Origin: Albugo candida
Taxonomy: Eukaryota
Length of the DNA stretch: 64,000 nucleotides
Direction: 5' to 3'
Assembly (NCBI GenBank): GCA_040437565.1
Contig: JBDOQK010000059.1
Coordinates: forward strand, 1-64,000
Made by a program: the position numbers and the translations under genes. Below, one piece after another: positions 51,870 to 64,000 of this stretch. The notes beneath the pieces are model-generated. The model was not told where the DNA came from, searched no databases, and saw only the letters and a list, made by a program, of their open reading frames with translations. Position 1 is the stretch's first letter; the number at the start of each line of letters is the position of its first letter.

Positions 51870-54055
51870 TCAACATATCGCACTACCTTGAAATGTTAGG
51901 GCTTCACCGATTTAGAATAGCTCTACAAGATTGCATGAATGTTCCAGTTCAATTCTCATTGTGACCATACTTACAACGATTAGTGGCTTTTTTGCAATAA
52001 CAACGCCGTGAATTCGGTCGAGTGCCTGAGCCGCGAGTGATGTGTCAGGAAATTCAATAAAAGCTTGCCCCTTCATCTTTCCCTTTGTGAAATGTGTTAT
52101 CCAAAGAAGTCTGTCTTTCTATGAGCGAATTTCAAATCATTAAGCAAAGTTTTACTTACTTTAGTTTTTCGGGAGGTACCACAGCGCCAAAAACTGCAAA
52201 TAAATCACCTAATGTGACTTTCTGTGCGATATTCTTCACATACAGTGAGCGCGAAATCCTTCCCTTCTCGTAATTTTGTATTGCTTTCTCGTTATCAAGC
52301 TCTAATTGACAGCTTATCAGCTTTCGAATAGATCAAAGCGAGTGGTAAGCGGATACCTTCTTTGTTTAAACGCTTGCTTTCCAAATCAGTCTGAGACCAT
52401 ATCTTCGGAGCATCAAAGCCTTCCACATCGAGAATCGTGTGCATCTGTTGCTTCACTTTGGAATGTGTGAAGGTCTTAGGCGTTTCTTGCTCAATTCCCT
52501 TCGAGTCGGACGTGAAGGACTTTTGTATTTGAATATGTGAGCGAGTCATCAAATATTATAAGTAAATGATACCAATTACCACTATCAATGGATTTCCTTC
52601 TAAAATGACCCCATGGAACTGATTGACAGCTTTTGCAGCAATCCCTAACGAAGGGTACTCGATACGCGCCTCTGAACGCTCACTTTCCATCTCGATCATC
52701 AACTCACTCGAATACAAGATTTCAGTATTGATTACGTAAAGTTAAAGCGGAAGGAACTCTTACTTTAACTCGAACTCAGACGGGAGAACATAGCCGAATA
52801 CAAAAATCAAGGTCTTTGTGTCAACAGAAGGCGGGAGGTTCGATACTAAGACACAGACGGATGGGGTTCCCACGGAGTACGACTGCAATGTTGATTCCCA
52901 CGAGAGTAAATCTATAGAAAGCGCTGAGGAGTCTGAAAACGTCGCTACAACATTGATAGCGAACCTGGAGGTGGAAGCCTCATTTTTTCAAGTTGCAGTC
53001 TCGATATTGTATCATGCCGTTCAGTGTCATTGCCGGTATGTTGCTTCTTCGTTTTGAAGATATCGGGGTTCAATAGTCGTCTTTTGGACCGCAAGATGGT
53101 CGACTTGTTTCTGTTAGATTGTGATTGATCAGTCCCAATTTTACTATCTGTATGACTTTGGATCAAGAACTGTGACTCTGCAATGTCGGCTTGCTCTTTC
53201 TGAGAAACTTTGTGCTCATATTCATCAGGACTACTCGCTTCTTCTTCATCCTCTTCAACCCCTTGAATTTTCTCTTGTTCCTTCGTATCATCAACTTTGT
53301 CTCTTGACACCTCAAAAACCCCAGGGATGCAATTCTTGTCAAAAGGAGGCGGAATATTCATTTTATTCATCAAATGAAGCACTTGACGATAGAAATCAGG
53401 TAAAGCCATCAAAGCTGTTCATCATAAGGCATGAAGACAAGGCTTGAATTACTAGTATCATATGCGTACCATTTGCGATATTTCGAACAATCAATTCTGT
53501 TGCTCGTGGGTATTTATACTCCAGCAAAGGGGATGGAGCATAATGCAATCTTGAATCCAAATGGTCGTTATTTATCAGCACGAAGCAAGTTTGGTGCGTA
53601 CCCAAGATGTGGAGCCAATGATGCTGGCATCATAAACGCACTCGGGTAGAATGCATCAGGAGATTTCGTCGCGACTACTGTCTCAAGTTTATTTTGTCCA
53701 AACGGCTCGACTTGCAAGAGCTCATTGCCATCAAGTCGAAGTTGTTTGAGACGATCGAATGCTATCCTCAAATCTTCAGCCGTTTGAAATCGTGCGAAAG
53801 CTACTAGTTTTTTAGAAGTAAGAGGAAACGTCTTGTTTGATGCTTGAGAATTCTCTGGCTGTCCTAAGCCATCCACACACATACTCAATTACAGCGATAA
53901 AGTGTGTTTAAAAGCTTCAAAACCTCTATTTCAGCGTCAAAAAGATCAGAATTTCCATGGACCTTGACGTCGATGGCTTTGTAATGGGATAAAAACTCCT
54001 GTATAGCGTCTCTAGAGAGCCCTTCCGGAAAGTTCCTAACGCGTAAGACGTTCAT
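51870..54055 (-). CDS. RNPC3: U11/U12 snRNP 65K protein (RNPC3/RBM40), multi-exon RRM protein
   Basis: APHLG..PSPLLEYKYP..NIAN..ALPDFYRQVLHLMNKMNIPPPF signature; C-terminal RRM LYVKNIA..GKMKGQAFIEFP..KPLIV. Confidence 0.85.
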
Positions 54056-56498
54056 ATATTAATGTCGTGTAACTGGCTAGAACGCATTCGGTCAGACCAA
54101 TCACAAGCACCTCCACGGAGCTTTATCATTTATTCTCTACACAAGAAGCGTACGAACCATTATGCACAAAGCCTCATAAATTATCGATGGCATGGTGCTA
54201 TTTATTTCACGCGGCATGATGGCGTTGGGTACGTTACTGAGTGAGGTTGAGGACTATCGAGCGCTTTCTGGCTGATCCGGACGTACATGGAGCAATAAAT
54301 CAGCTCACGACCAACAAAATGACGCCTAGAATCTTCATCGGATTTCAGTGAAGCCTTTTACAGTATATTAAGAGACAAAATAAGGAGGCTATGATGTGTA
54401 TCGGAATCATTTTAAACCCGTGAGAATACAAATAGTATTGCTAGAGCACTGAGAGTGCTGCGAACAACTTAATGCAATCATTGAGTAATTACGTCTTATC
54501 CTTTGATCCTGGGCAAACACAACTGGCGTGGATTAGGAGAGAGCCACCATACAACGAAGTAGGGTGATAACGCATCGAGTTACGATAACACTATCGAGAC
54601 AACTCCAGGATTGTATATGATAATCCACATCAGTGTGACTTCTTGACCACACGATACGAGCCTCAGGAATTAGCTCAGTGGATGGTCATTATGACGAGGG
54701 TGGTTCACCAAATCATCTGCATGCCAGTAATAACCTGATTTTCGATAATTTCAAACATTAGTGTTCTGTGTGAGCGGACGAAAGCTTCCGCTTACGTCTA
54801 AATGTGCGTTAGGCCATTTATTAACTACAGAAATAGGAAGCAATATAGACCTCTTATAAAAACTAGCTTTTAAACCAACGCAAAAAGTGGCTAGCTCCTC
54901 TCTCACTATGATCGCGCTATTGGTGCTTCAATGTCTCGAGCCAGAGGTCGTGGACGTATTGAGTACACAAGGCTTCTATGGCCACATCAATACATACGCT
55001 TCCTTCAATAAATTTCAATAATTAGGCGTTTACAGAAAACTGTTCTGTACTGGTTTACATACTTGCGCGTAAGAGCCTGACGCCACATTTACTGTGTCTT
55101 ACTGTCGTGAACGTAAGCCTAAAACATGCCACCTTAATCCCGCGCACCTTTTGTTGCACCTTGAACTTGCCAAATGGAAGAAGACATCATAAGTTGAAAG
55201 CAAAGTGAACGTGATTTTTGAAAATATGTTTCGAAAAACACAGTTTTAACTTGCAAGGACCCATCACGGACAAGGCTTGATTCAATTGACCGATTGCATG
55301 AATAAAGTTACATATCTTAGCTTCGATGTGGATCCATCAAAGACAAGAGTCATCCATTATACGATATCCTGATGGCATTTATCACGCCAAGTTCGTGTTG
55401 TCGAGGCAATATGCAGACTTTAAGGCCTACGTATCTAAATTCTCAGTCTAAGCATTCAACAGCCTGCTATAGGCACCGTCTCCTGTGCTTGCAATAGTGT
55501 TTGCTCCTTGTATCATGATCCTTCTTCATCGAGTCCGCCCCGATTACAACAGATCAAGCACGCACTAATCTTTCGGACTCATTCCTCCGCTGATGCACGG
55601 AGAAAATGCATTCACGTCCATCAACTCGTCAGGAGTAGATATGTCTGTAATTTCTGTGAAACAATAATCGGATATTAATTTAGTGACCTCCATCATATGC
55701 TAACCACCAGTATTCGAACATATTTCTCTCAAATAATACGATAAACATTCGGCGAGAACTTTACAAGCTGCGTGCCCGTTCTTCTCATGCGTAAAGTAAT
55801 GTGATATTGAGGCTCTAAATTGCACTTCCGATTCTAAGAAGTACATGGACAACAAAAATGGAAGTCGTGCTAAAAGTCCAGTTACGCTGCGACAGATCGA
55901 GGGAGCGCGGACCATGAATACGATTCTCGAAGCAAAAAAACAAGTGTATTTTTTTGAGTCAAACTTATCGCCTTACCGAAGTACGAAATGCCATGGTTTA
56001 CATACAACAGATGTTCTGCAGTCCACGCATCAAAAATATGCACTACAAACCTCCACGGTTCTGATGTCATCCAATCACACGTTGACTTTCCACATCGGGA
56101 TCGTCGAAGCGGATTTCGAGCACTCCTTCACCGTGACTAAACGTCATGTTCCTTTCATTTCATCATAGTTTCACGATTATCCAAGCATCGTTCATCGATC
56201 TGAATGCCATTCTTGATATTCGCTGAGGCCAATTGAAGTTCCAAGCGTGGTGCTGCATCAAAATACCGCAATTCAAATGCGACGTTACAGATCAAACTCG
56301 CATCAACATTTTTCAATTTTGCTGTCGAACCATCTCCTCTGAGTTGATTCATTGCTGCCTGATTATCCATGTACAAAATCAAAGGTACCTTGCATTTCAA
56401 CCAAATCACATAAATACAAGTAATCACCGTATCCCTGGCATCTGCACCACCACAACAGACGCAGCCGTAAGCTCTACTTCCATGGATGATAATGACAC

Positions 56499-59400
56499 TG
56501 TTAGAAATCGACTGACGTTGAAGTTTGTGCATGTGGAGTCTGGAGGAGATTTTCATTGTTAGTTTGATGCGTGCCGTATTTTCTACCTATCGAGGAGCAT
56601 ATTCATCCAAGTACTTAGGTTTAGGAACATTGGCGTACACTTCAACTTTTCTCTAATAAACTCCAATTTTTACCCATGAAAACACTCGGTAGTCCGAGGG
56701 CCGTCTCTGCGTCGAGCTTGTCTGTCCAATAGGTTATGAGCCCAACAGGCGTGGCCGATGATGACACTGCTGTTCGAGGTCGAGCTTCTGTTGAACAGAC
56801 AAGCTCGACGCAGAGACGGCCCTCGAACCGCTCGTAGTTCTCATAGGTGGAAAATTGGAGTATGTTAGAGAAAAATTAATGTATCCGCCAATCGTTCTAA
56901 ACCTAAGTACTTGCATGATTATGCTCCTTGATAGGTAGAAAATACGGCACGCATCAAACTAACCGTGAAATCTCCTCCAGACTCCACATGCACAAACTTC
57001 AACGTCAGTCGATTTCCAACAGCTTCGTCACCAAGTGCTGCGTCGAGGCGCAGGCGAATTGGTGAGGTAGAAGAAAATGATGAAATGATTGCGTACGGTG
57101 CTGCGGGCAACGGAGATTAATATTCGGTGTGTGTGGGATCCAAGGAGAGACGCACTGAAGATAATGAGATGTTACAACTCATGCGTGGATTGATCGGACG
57201 ATTGGATCGCTTGGAAGAATCACAGAGCAAGAGCAAGGTATAAGGACAGCTGTCTGGAGGGCCCCAGGTAAACAAAATTGTGGAAGATGTAAGGATGTCA
57301 CCGATAGAAGAGTTATTTCGGTCGGGACTGGGAGGTGGGCCACGAATGCAGATCAATGCGCTTAGTGGGTCGCCTCAAGGGAACAAGACGGAACGGCCAG
57401 CGGAGCCCCCAGGATATAATGGACACCGGCAACATGGTCATCAATTACCACGGTCGCAACTGCAGAGACGTTATGATGCCGCTATGAACGACCACCAGGC
57501 TGGTTCACCAGTGTATCATCAACATATGGATGATCCTAGAAAACCGACACCACGTATGGAGCAGGTTGTGTGGTATCCTGACGCAAGGCAGAAAAAGCTT
57601 GCAATTCGTATGTTTGATGGAGCGGAATTGTACGAAGGGCTTGGCTGTGGGTTTTGGAGTGGGGGCGTCGTTTCGAAAGACAGGTAAATTTGGCCCAGTC
57701 AGCGTGTGGCTTTTTATGGACGGAAGACGTTAAATTGGACCTTCTTGGGCCCTACCTTCAAAGCATGGCCGAGCGATATTATCATAAACAACTGGAAACT
57801 TTTTTTTTGGTGGAATCAAATTCCTACCCTTTACTACGCGATGGAAAAAGTGCTTAAGGCCTTCAAACCTCGTATCACTCCGGCACAGCCGCTAAGATTG
57901 CTTGCCAAGCCAAAGGACCCGAATAAAAACATGGACTGCACATTTCCTCTACCTGGTGGCTGTAGCGGAAGTGTCGGAAGGCGCTGTGGAATATCTGGTC
58001 CTCAACAACATACTACAAATACGCGTAGGGTAGTACTGATGACGAAAGTAGATGGCAGTAGAACGGATTATTTGCAACAATCCGAAGAGCTGACCCATTT
58101 AGCCCAAGCTTGGGAATCCGTAACGAAGAAACAACTACCGAGAGGCGTTGCGAGCGCCACCCGAGAGCCGCGATTTTGTAAGACTCGAAGATGTCACGAA
58201 TGTGGTGAGGGTGGGCATTTAAGACGGATGCGTCCCAATCGCAGCAACGGGGTTTCATATTAGACAGTGGATCAAGCCGTCATTTATGCAGCGATGAGTC
58301 GTGTTTGGAAGATGTCAAAGACGTCAAAAGCGTGTGCATCCGGCCTAATGGAGAAGAGCTGATGATCAGCAAAGTCGGAAACGTGACACTACAAGTATGT
58401 GTGGACGGCAAGGTACACACTGTGAAGCTTGCCGAAGTCTATTTCGCGGTGGGACTTGCTCAAAATTTGTTTTCGTATGGAAACTGGATGCCAAAGGGTA
58501 TGCGCTCGGTCGTCGCGGTGCCCAGCGTAATCGAAAATGCGGGATGAAAAATGTGTGCTTTTTAACTTGGAGCTATCAGAAAGTGTGCTTATGGTTAATG
58601 CTCAAGTGATGCGCACACTGCAGCACCTCTTGATTTGTTTTCAGCCGCACTTAAGGTCCCATGAAGCCGAGGAACAGAATGGGGAACCGCTACATGATGA
58701 ATTTGTCGATCATAAGAGTAATTACGTGAAGCTTTTTCTCGCCCGCACCAAGGATCAAGCGGCCAGATTATTCGATACTTTTTTGGTGTTCTTCGAGAAG
58801 CGTTTCAAATGTCGAATTCACGTTTTGAGTACCGACTCCGGGTGGTGAATACGCGAATGTCGATTTATTTTCTCAAAAGTTCGGCGTGGCTCGTCAGCGA
58901 AGTGAAGCAAGAAACCAAGCTAGCAATGGGACGGAGACGCATATGCATCGTACCAATATGAATATGGCACGGTGGATGGTTTTTGCCAGCGGTTTGCCGC
59001 TTAGTTTCTATGGGAATGCGGTTCAATACGCTGCATACGCGTTAAATCGGTCACCGAAAATGCTAATACGAGTAAGGTATCTCCGATCGAGATACTTACA
59101 AATGTGCCAGTTACCCTTAGTGCAATTGTGGTTTTTTTAAAAAAAAAAATACATCAAAAAAATAATGGCTCTCCATGCTCGGTTTACAGAATCCGAAGAA
59201 CAACAACGTGGTCTTAACATTGGGATTGGTGATGACACTAAATGCTATTAATTGTTTTTACCCAAGGATCGCATCGTAATCACAACACAGCATATACGTG
59301 ACATCGGGACGCTCGATAAAGAGCAGAATGTATTTCTTTGGCGTCACAATTGGTCGTTATAAAGCTGCGAAAGGTATTGCGTGAGACGAGATCAATGAAA

Positions 59401-61599
59401 ACCCGTCGGATACTCGCCGATGTTTGAGCAACCCTGTTTGGCCAAGGGAGTGTCCAGTGACAAGATCTATGCATACTGAGTCGGCTGTCACTCAAGGAGT
59501 ATGTATGGGGGTGGATGTTGATTCTGGAGTGATGAACAGCGTGACCGATACGGACCAATCAAATTATTGTGAGGCAATTTAGCGTAAACTAGTTCAATTA
59601 GAAGAGGCGATGCAAGAAGAAATTCAAGCTTCAAATGACAACCACATGCGGAACATGGCGGTGACACCGACAAAATACAAATTGTCTACTTACAAAATGG
59701 GTGTATAAGACTAAACGTGACGCAGATGGGAATTTGGAGCGATACAAAGCCGTTTAGTCGCGTGTGGTAACAAACAAGGTTTTGGTCGTGATTATAACGT
59801 CCCTTTTGCAGCTGTAATGGTGATTTCGAGCGTAAAATTAATCTTGGCTTTGGCGAGAGTATAGAGAGTCCCGGCGTAGCATGGCGACATACCAAAGGCG
59901 TATGTCAAAGATGAAAACGAACCGGAGCTCGACACTTTCTAGAAACTTCCGCAAGGAATGAATGTGGATCACGCCCCACTTCAGTCGTATTAGGTAGAAA
60001 CGAAAGATGAGATGTCACTTGGATTGGAGAAAGCGTTGTATCGATTGAAATAAGAAATAAGACTTTGGTCTGAGTTACTACACAAGGAGTTAATGTTGGT
60101 AGGATTCACGCAGTGTCTTAAGGACATGTATGTGTGCTGGAAGCGAGATGATACACGGCTTAATGTTGTGGGAGTTGATGTTGATAGCCTTTTGGTAACG
60201 GCTACTACATCATCGCTGGTCGACATATTTTGGAAAAGTTGTCTGTAAAAAACTTGGGTGGTGCGTATGAATTAATTGTGATATGCCCAAGGATCTGAGT
60301 CTAGAAAATGCGTATGGAACGTGAAATCCCATGGATGATACCAATAACGAAGTTGTCGAAAATGACGTTATGCTCCATGTTTGTGCCACACCGGATGGAA
60401 TTTCCGTGTGAAAATTTCAATCACTGGTGGGCAGTTTTCTATGGATATCACGATGTACTCGTCCGGGTAGCTTGTTTGAGGTACATCGAGAGACCAGACG
60501 TACGCATTGACCGACGGAAGAAGATTGGAAACTTGCCGCGAAAATAGAAAGATATCTCCAAGGGTCGAAAGGGATTCGCCTGCGAATGAAAGAACACAAT
60601 GATTTGAATGCACCACTCAACCTGTTGGGATATAGCGAAGCAGAATTTTATGCAGATAAGAACGAACGCAAACTCGTCACTTGGAAATATATTGAGGTTG
60701 CGGGTATGCNNNNNNNNNNNNNNNNNNNNNNNNNNNNNNNNNNNNNNNNNNNNNNNNNNNNNNNNNNNNNNNNNNNNNNNNNNNNNNNNNNNNNNNNNNN
60801 NNNNNNNNNGCGAATGAAAGAACACAATGATTTGAATGCACCACTCAACCTGTTGGGATATAGCGAAGCAGAATTTTATGCAGATAAGAACGAACGCAAA
60901 CTCGTCACTTGGAAATATATTGAGGTTGCGGGTATGCCAGTTGCATACCCGCAAACAAGGTGGCGTTTCTATCTCGACAATGGAAGCAGACTTCACTGCC
61001 GCATCGATCGTTGTTGCAGAGATGATTGTCATCAAAGAATTGCTCGGAGAGATGAGTCTTGATTGTGTGATTCCTATGTTACTAAAGGTCGATATGAAGC
61101 AGCTCTCAAGCAACTTGACGGAGAGTCTTCATCAAAAGCAAAACACATTGACGTGAGAATTAAATTTGTGGGATCGTACGTCGAACGTGGAATTCTCAAG
61201 ACCGAATTTTGCGAAGGCTCTCGCATGACAGCTGACATGATGACAAAGGCAACTCATGCGCCGAGATTGGAGGAGATGAAGGCTCCTGTCGGTATGCACC
61301 ACAATGGGTAAGATTTGTCAGGACCGGGATGTGTACTTGAGAAACAAAAAAACGCACGATGGAGGAGTGTTCGAAATAGACTGAAAGTGAAGTTTGTGCA
61401 TGTCGAGTCTGGAGGAGATTTCTTTTGTGACTTTATGCGTGCCGTATTTTCTACCTATCGAGGAGCATAATCATGCAACTACTTAGGTTTACGAAGATTG
61501 GCATACCCTTAAACTTTTCTCTTATACACTCTAATCTTCACCTATGAAAAGTACCGGTGATCCGAGGGCCCTCTCTGATTCGCGCTTGGCTGTCTAACA
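56499..61599 (+). mobile_element. Ty1/copia LTR retrotransposon, full length but decayed
   Basis: LTRs 56499-56731 and 61368-61599; TSD GACAC on both sides; PBS GGTTATGAGCCCA at 56732-56744; PPT before 61368; gag knuckle CHECGEGGH; integrase (STDSG, NG..R.N..MAR), RT and RNase H (KAKHIDVR) fragments. Confidence 0.95.
56789..57021 (-). mobile_element. Solo LTR of the same copia family, inverted
   Basis: Reverse complement of the LTR with TG..CA ends; 5-bp TSD GCTTC at 56784-56788 and 57022-57026. Confidence 0.93.
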
Positions 61600-62599
61600 G
61601 ACACAACGCCTTGCTTTTTTGCCATACGCGACATGGGCAAATACTCAGAAGTGATGCAACCACCCGTAATCTATTCTCCACCCGTCCGCAGCAAAATCAA
61701 CAGCGCTGCAACCAATATTCTAACACTCTGTATCTAATTTCAATCACATTGTTTTCCGAACCTTGTAATACCTTGTAACTTGTATGACTAATTTGGAATC
61801 AACAAGGTTGGAGAACGAGTTTGTCTAAATACTCGTTGAACCACCAAGGATATATCCGGCCAGCTGCATCTCGAGAATCCGAGCAACCTTCCCACCTGGG
61901 ATTAAATATCGTTAACAGTAGCTGTACTTGCCCGACTTTTGCAAGGTAATTTAACATTTTCCTGTCGAACATGTTTCTATTCTTCACTAATTGGACTGCA
62001 AACGACGCACGCCTCCTCTAAACCATTGTCTCGTAAGCTTTTAACGAATAGTCACCTCTTGGTCAATACCGTACCCATCGTCATTGTCATAAGCGATGCG
62101 CATTTCTAGAATTTGTTTACAGCGATTAGATCCGTGACATAAAAGTCCTTCATGTCACCAAGAAACACATTTACCAGATGCGATTAAGCTGCTGTCACAA
62201 GAAAAGCGTCGACGTATACTCACACCCCTACGAAAGTGTGTTCGCAATACACACATGTATCCGTAAGACACTGAGTGGAGTACAAGCTCCTATGTACAAT
62301 CTACGACATAAAGATACGGACAACCATTTATCTGCTGAATTGTGCTCGACTATCGTTTGTGTCGAGTTTCCTACGCTGAGTCAGGTATTCTGGTGGTTAG
62401 TTTGTTTAGTTTGGTGGACCAAATAGGTGGAAGTGAGAAAGTTGGCGGGAAGGTACACGGACCTCCGCGACATACTGATAGGGTACATCACTAACCCTCG
62501 ACCAAAAAGATAGATAACGCACTGTGTTCGCCTCCAAAATACATGGCTGCATGCTCTTGCATGTTTTTTGCGTGCTCATTGTCGAATTACGTGTTTTTT

Positions 62600-62824
62600 C
62601 TGCATCGAAGCCATGGAGCGAAAGCCGACTCTGACCGATCGAACGAAGAAACTCTCCGGGTGATTAGCGAGATCCTTGCGCGCTCCAGAAACGTCGTCCA
62701 CGCTTACTCAAGAAATTTTGATGGCTGGGAGAAAGCCCAAACTCGGTCCGCGTGATCTGCGGTGCATCATCAAGACCGCAATCAGCAGCGATTTCTCCAC
62801 TGCCACCATCACCAACACCGTGAC
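62600..62824 (+). mobile_element. Tc1/mariner-like transposase HTH fragment
   Basis: LRVISEILARSRNVVHAY..GRKPKLGPRDLRCIIKTA; truncated by gap. Confidence 0.5.
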
Positions 62825-63142
62825 NNNNNNNNNNNNNNNNNNNNNNNNNNNNNNNNNNNNNNNNNNNNNNNNNNNNNNNNNNNNNNNNNNNNNNNNNNNN
62901 NNNNNNNNNNNNNNNNNNNNNNNNGTCCTAGAAAAACCTCCGTTGTCCTAGATAGAGCAGGGATGCTCATCACTCACCCATCACTGGTGACTCAAATTCA
63001 ACGACACCTCGGCACAAACACACTAGAAATTGAACTCAACCAAGTAGCTCAACACACTCAGCACCTACACAAACTGCGCAATGCTAGAACTTGTGGAAAG
63101 AATGGTTCACACACAGAAGAGTTGATGGAATAGGACTAAATA

Positions 63143-64000
63143 TCATGTGGTGGTGGTAGTGCTGGGTGAATATTCCGGGGTGGAGCAGCGGAGCACGACC
63201 TTCAATGCAAGTACGCGCATTATGGCCCTCTCTATTGTAGTTCCTGGGAGAAGAGCACCTAACTGATTGCTAACGCGCTCAAACAGGGAAGGATCCCGTC
63301 GCGTAGATCTTGTTGGCCTTCCTCTTGTCTGGATCATTACTGGGTCATGCATGGTACCATCCGCAACCTGCAGTACATAGTCAAGCAATACCCCCTTCTT
63401 CGATGATTGATAGCAATTGCATATTGGTGAGTAATGCCTGCCAACGCTTCATCGAATCTAAGGAAGTCTGGGACAGCAATATTCTAGAAGGCTGAGTTAG
63501 CCACCAGTGTTGATCAAATTCGTAAATGGTAAGAGGATCTTGGCGTCTGCGTATTGCATGTTGACAGGGATGGCCCATTGTCGAGGTAAGCAAGCCTCGG
63601 CTAGTTAAGTGGTTAGCTTCACCATCAGCAAAACGCTTGCTATAAGTTTGATGGGAAAGCTTCAATTCTGGCTTCGAGATTTTGTCCATGGCTTCCGAGA
63701 ACACTACACCGAAATGCAAGGTCGCAATTGTTCTTTGTTTGCATTTTTCCTGAACAATTGCTGCAAGCGGGGCATCACATGCAAGTTTTATCGCAATGTA
63801 AACTGTGAGGAGATCGCCAGTGGAGACCGAAATCCATTTCTTTGAAGCCGCATGTGTACTCTCCACCCGCGAAGGTTCCCGGACCATAGTGGCGCTTATT
63901 TCGCAAGTTGCAGTACCAATTCGATCTTTCCATGTTAGCCAGATGTCTTCTACATAGCGCATAAATTTGGTCTATTGCTGAATTCTATGCGCATTGATGC
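63143..64000 (-). mobile_element. Second MULE-like transposase fragment (C-terminal part)
   Basis: SRVESTHAASKKWI..GDLLTV; SWIM-like TMGHPCQH; TRGRP..STRRDPSLFE. Confidence 0.8.

Larger units (their letters stand above)
56155..62000 (-). mobile_element. Older decayed copia pol remnant, split by the younger copia insertion; outer limits approximate
   Basis: Joining the flanks across the TSD on the minus strand restores RNase H motif AKKQGVVSLSSMEVELTAA, followed by LYMDNQAA..KLKNVD. Confidence 0.75.

Noticed and set aside
54100..56150. Possible gene or element upstream of the copia nest
   Set aside because: Stop-rich in all frames, and no termini or motifs were recognised.
1..64000. CRISPR arrays, rRNA or prokaryotic operons
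   Set aside because: None seen; the sequence is spliceosomal-intron-rich eukaryotic DNA.

Overview
Eukaryotic, intron-containing draft scaffold with thirteen 100-N gaps. Gene content and very short (~50-60 bp) GT-AG introns suggest a compact oomycete genome (Albugo-like; inference). Gene-dense blocks encode: tRNA-His, a disabled kinesin-1, a UBL/Tudor-like protein, EMC10, a bZIP/START-like protein, PME-1, THO2, NDUFB11, a BAR protein, a WW-DysF coiled-coil protein, VPS29, an SMP-30 protein, an OCA1-like phosphatase, a large IQ/B-box protein, an eIF4B-like/W2 protein, a GH72 glucanosyltransferase, ISD11, NDPK and the minor-spliceosome protein RNPC3. Two transposon islands interrupt them. The first (32.5-39.4 kb) holds a MULE with TIRs and a 9-bp TSD, plus a decayed LINE with a tRNA-derived segment on its 5' side that abuts tRNA-Pro head-to-head. 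The second (56.1-64 kb) holds a copia element with LTRs, PBS and TSD nested in an older copia, carrying an inverted solo LTR of its own family, followed by Tc1 and MULE fragments. Most duplications flanking gaps look like assembly artefacts. All calls are from motif recognition by eye; no database searches were run.
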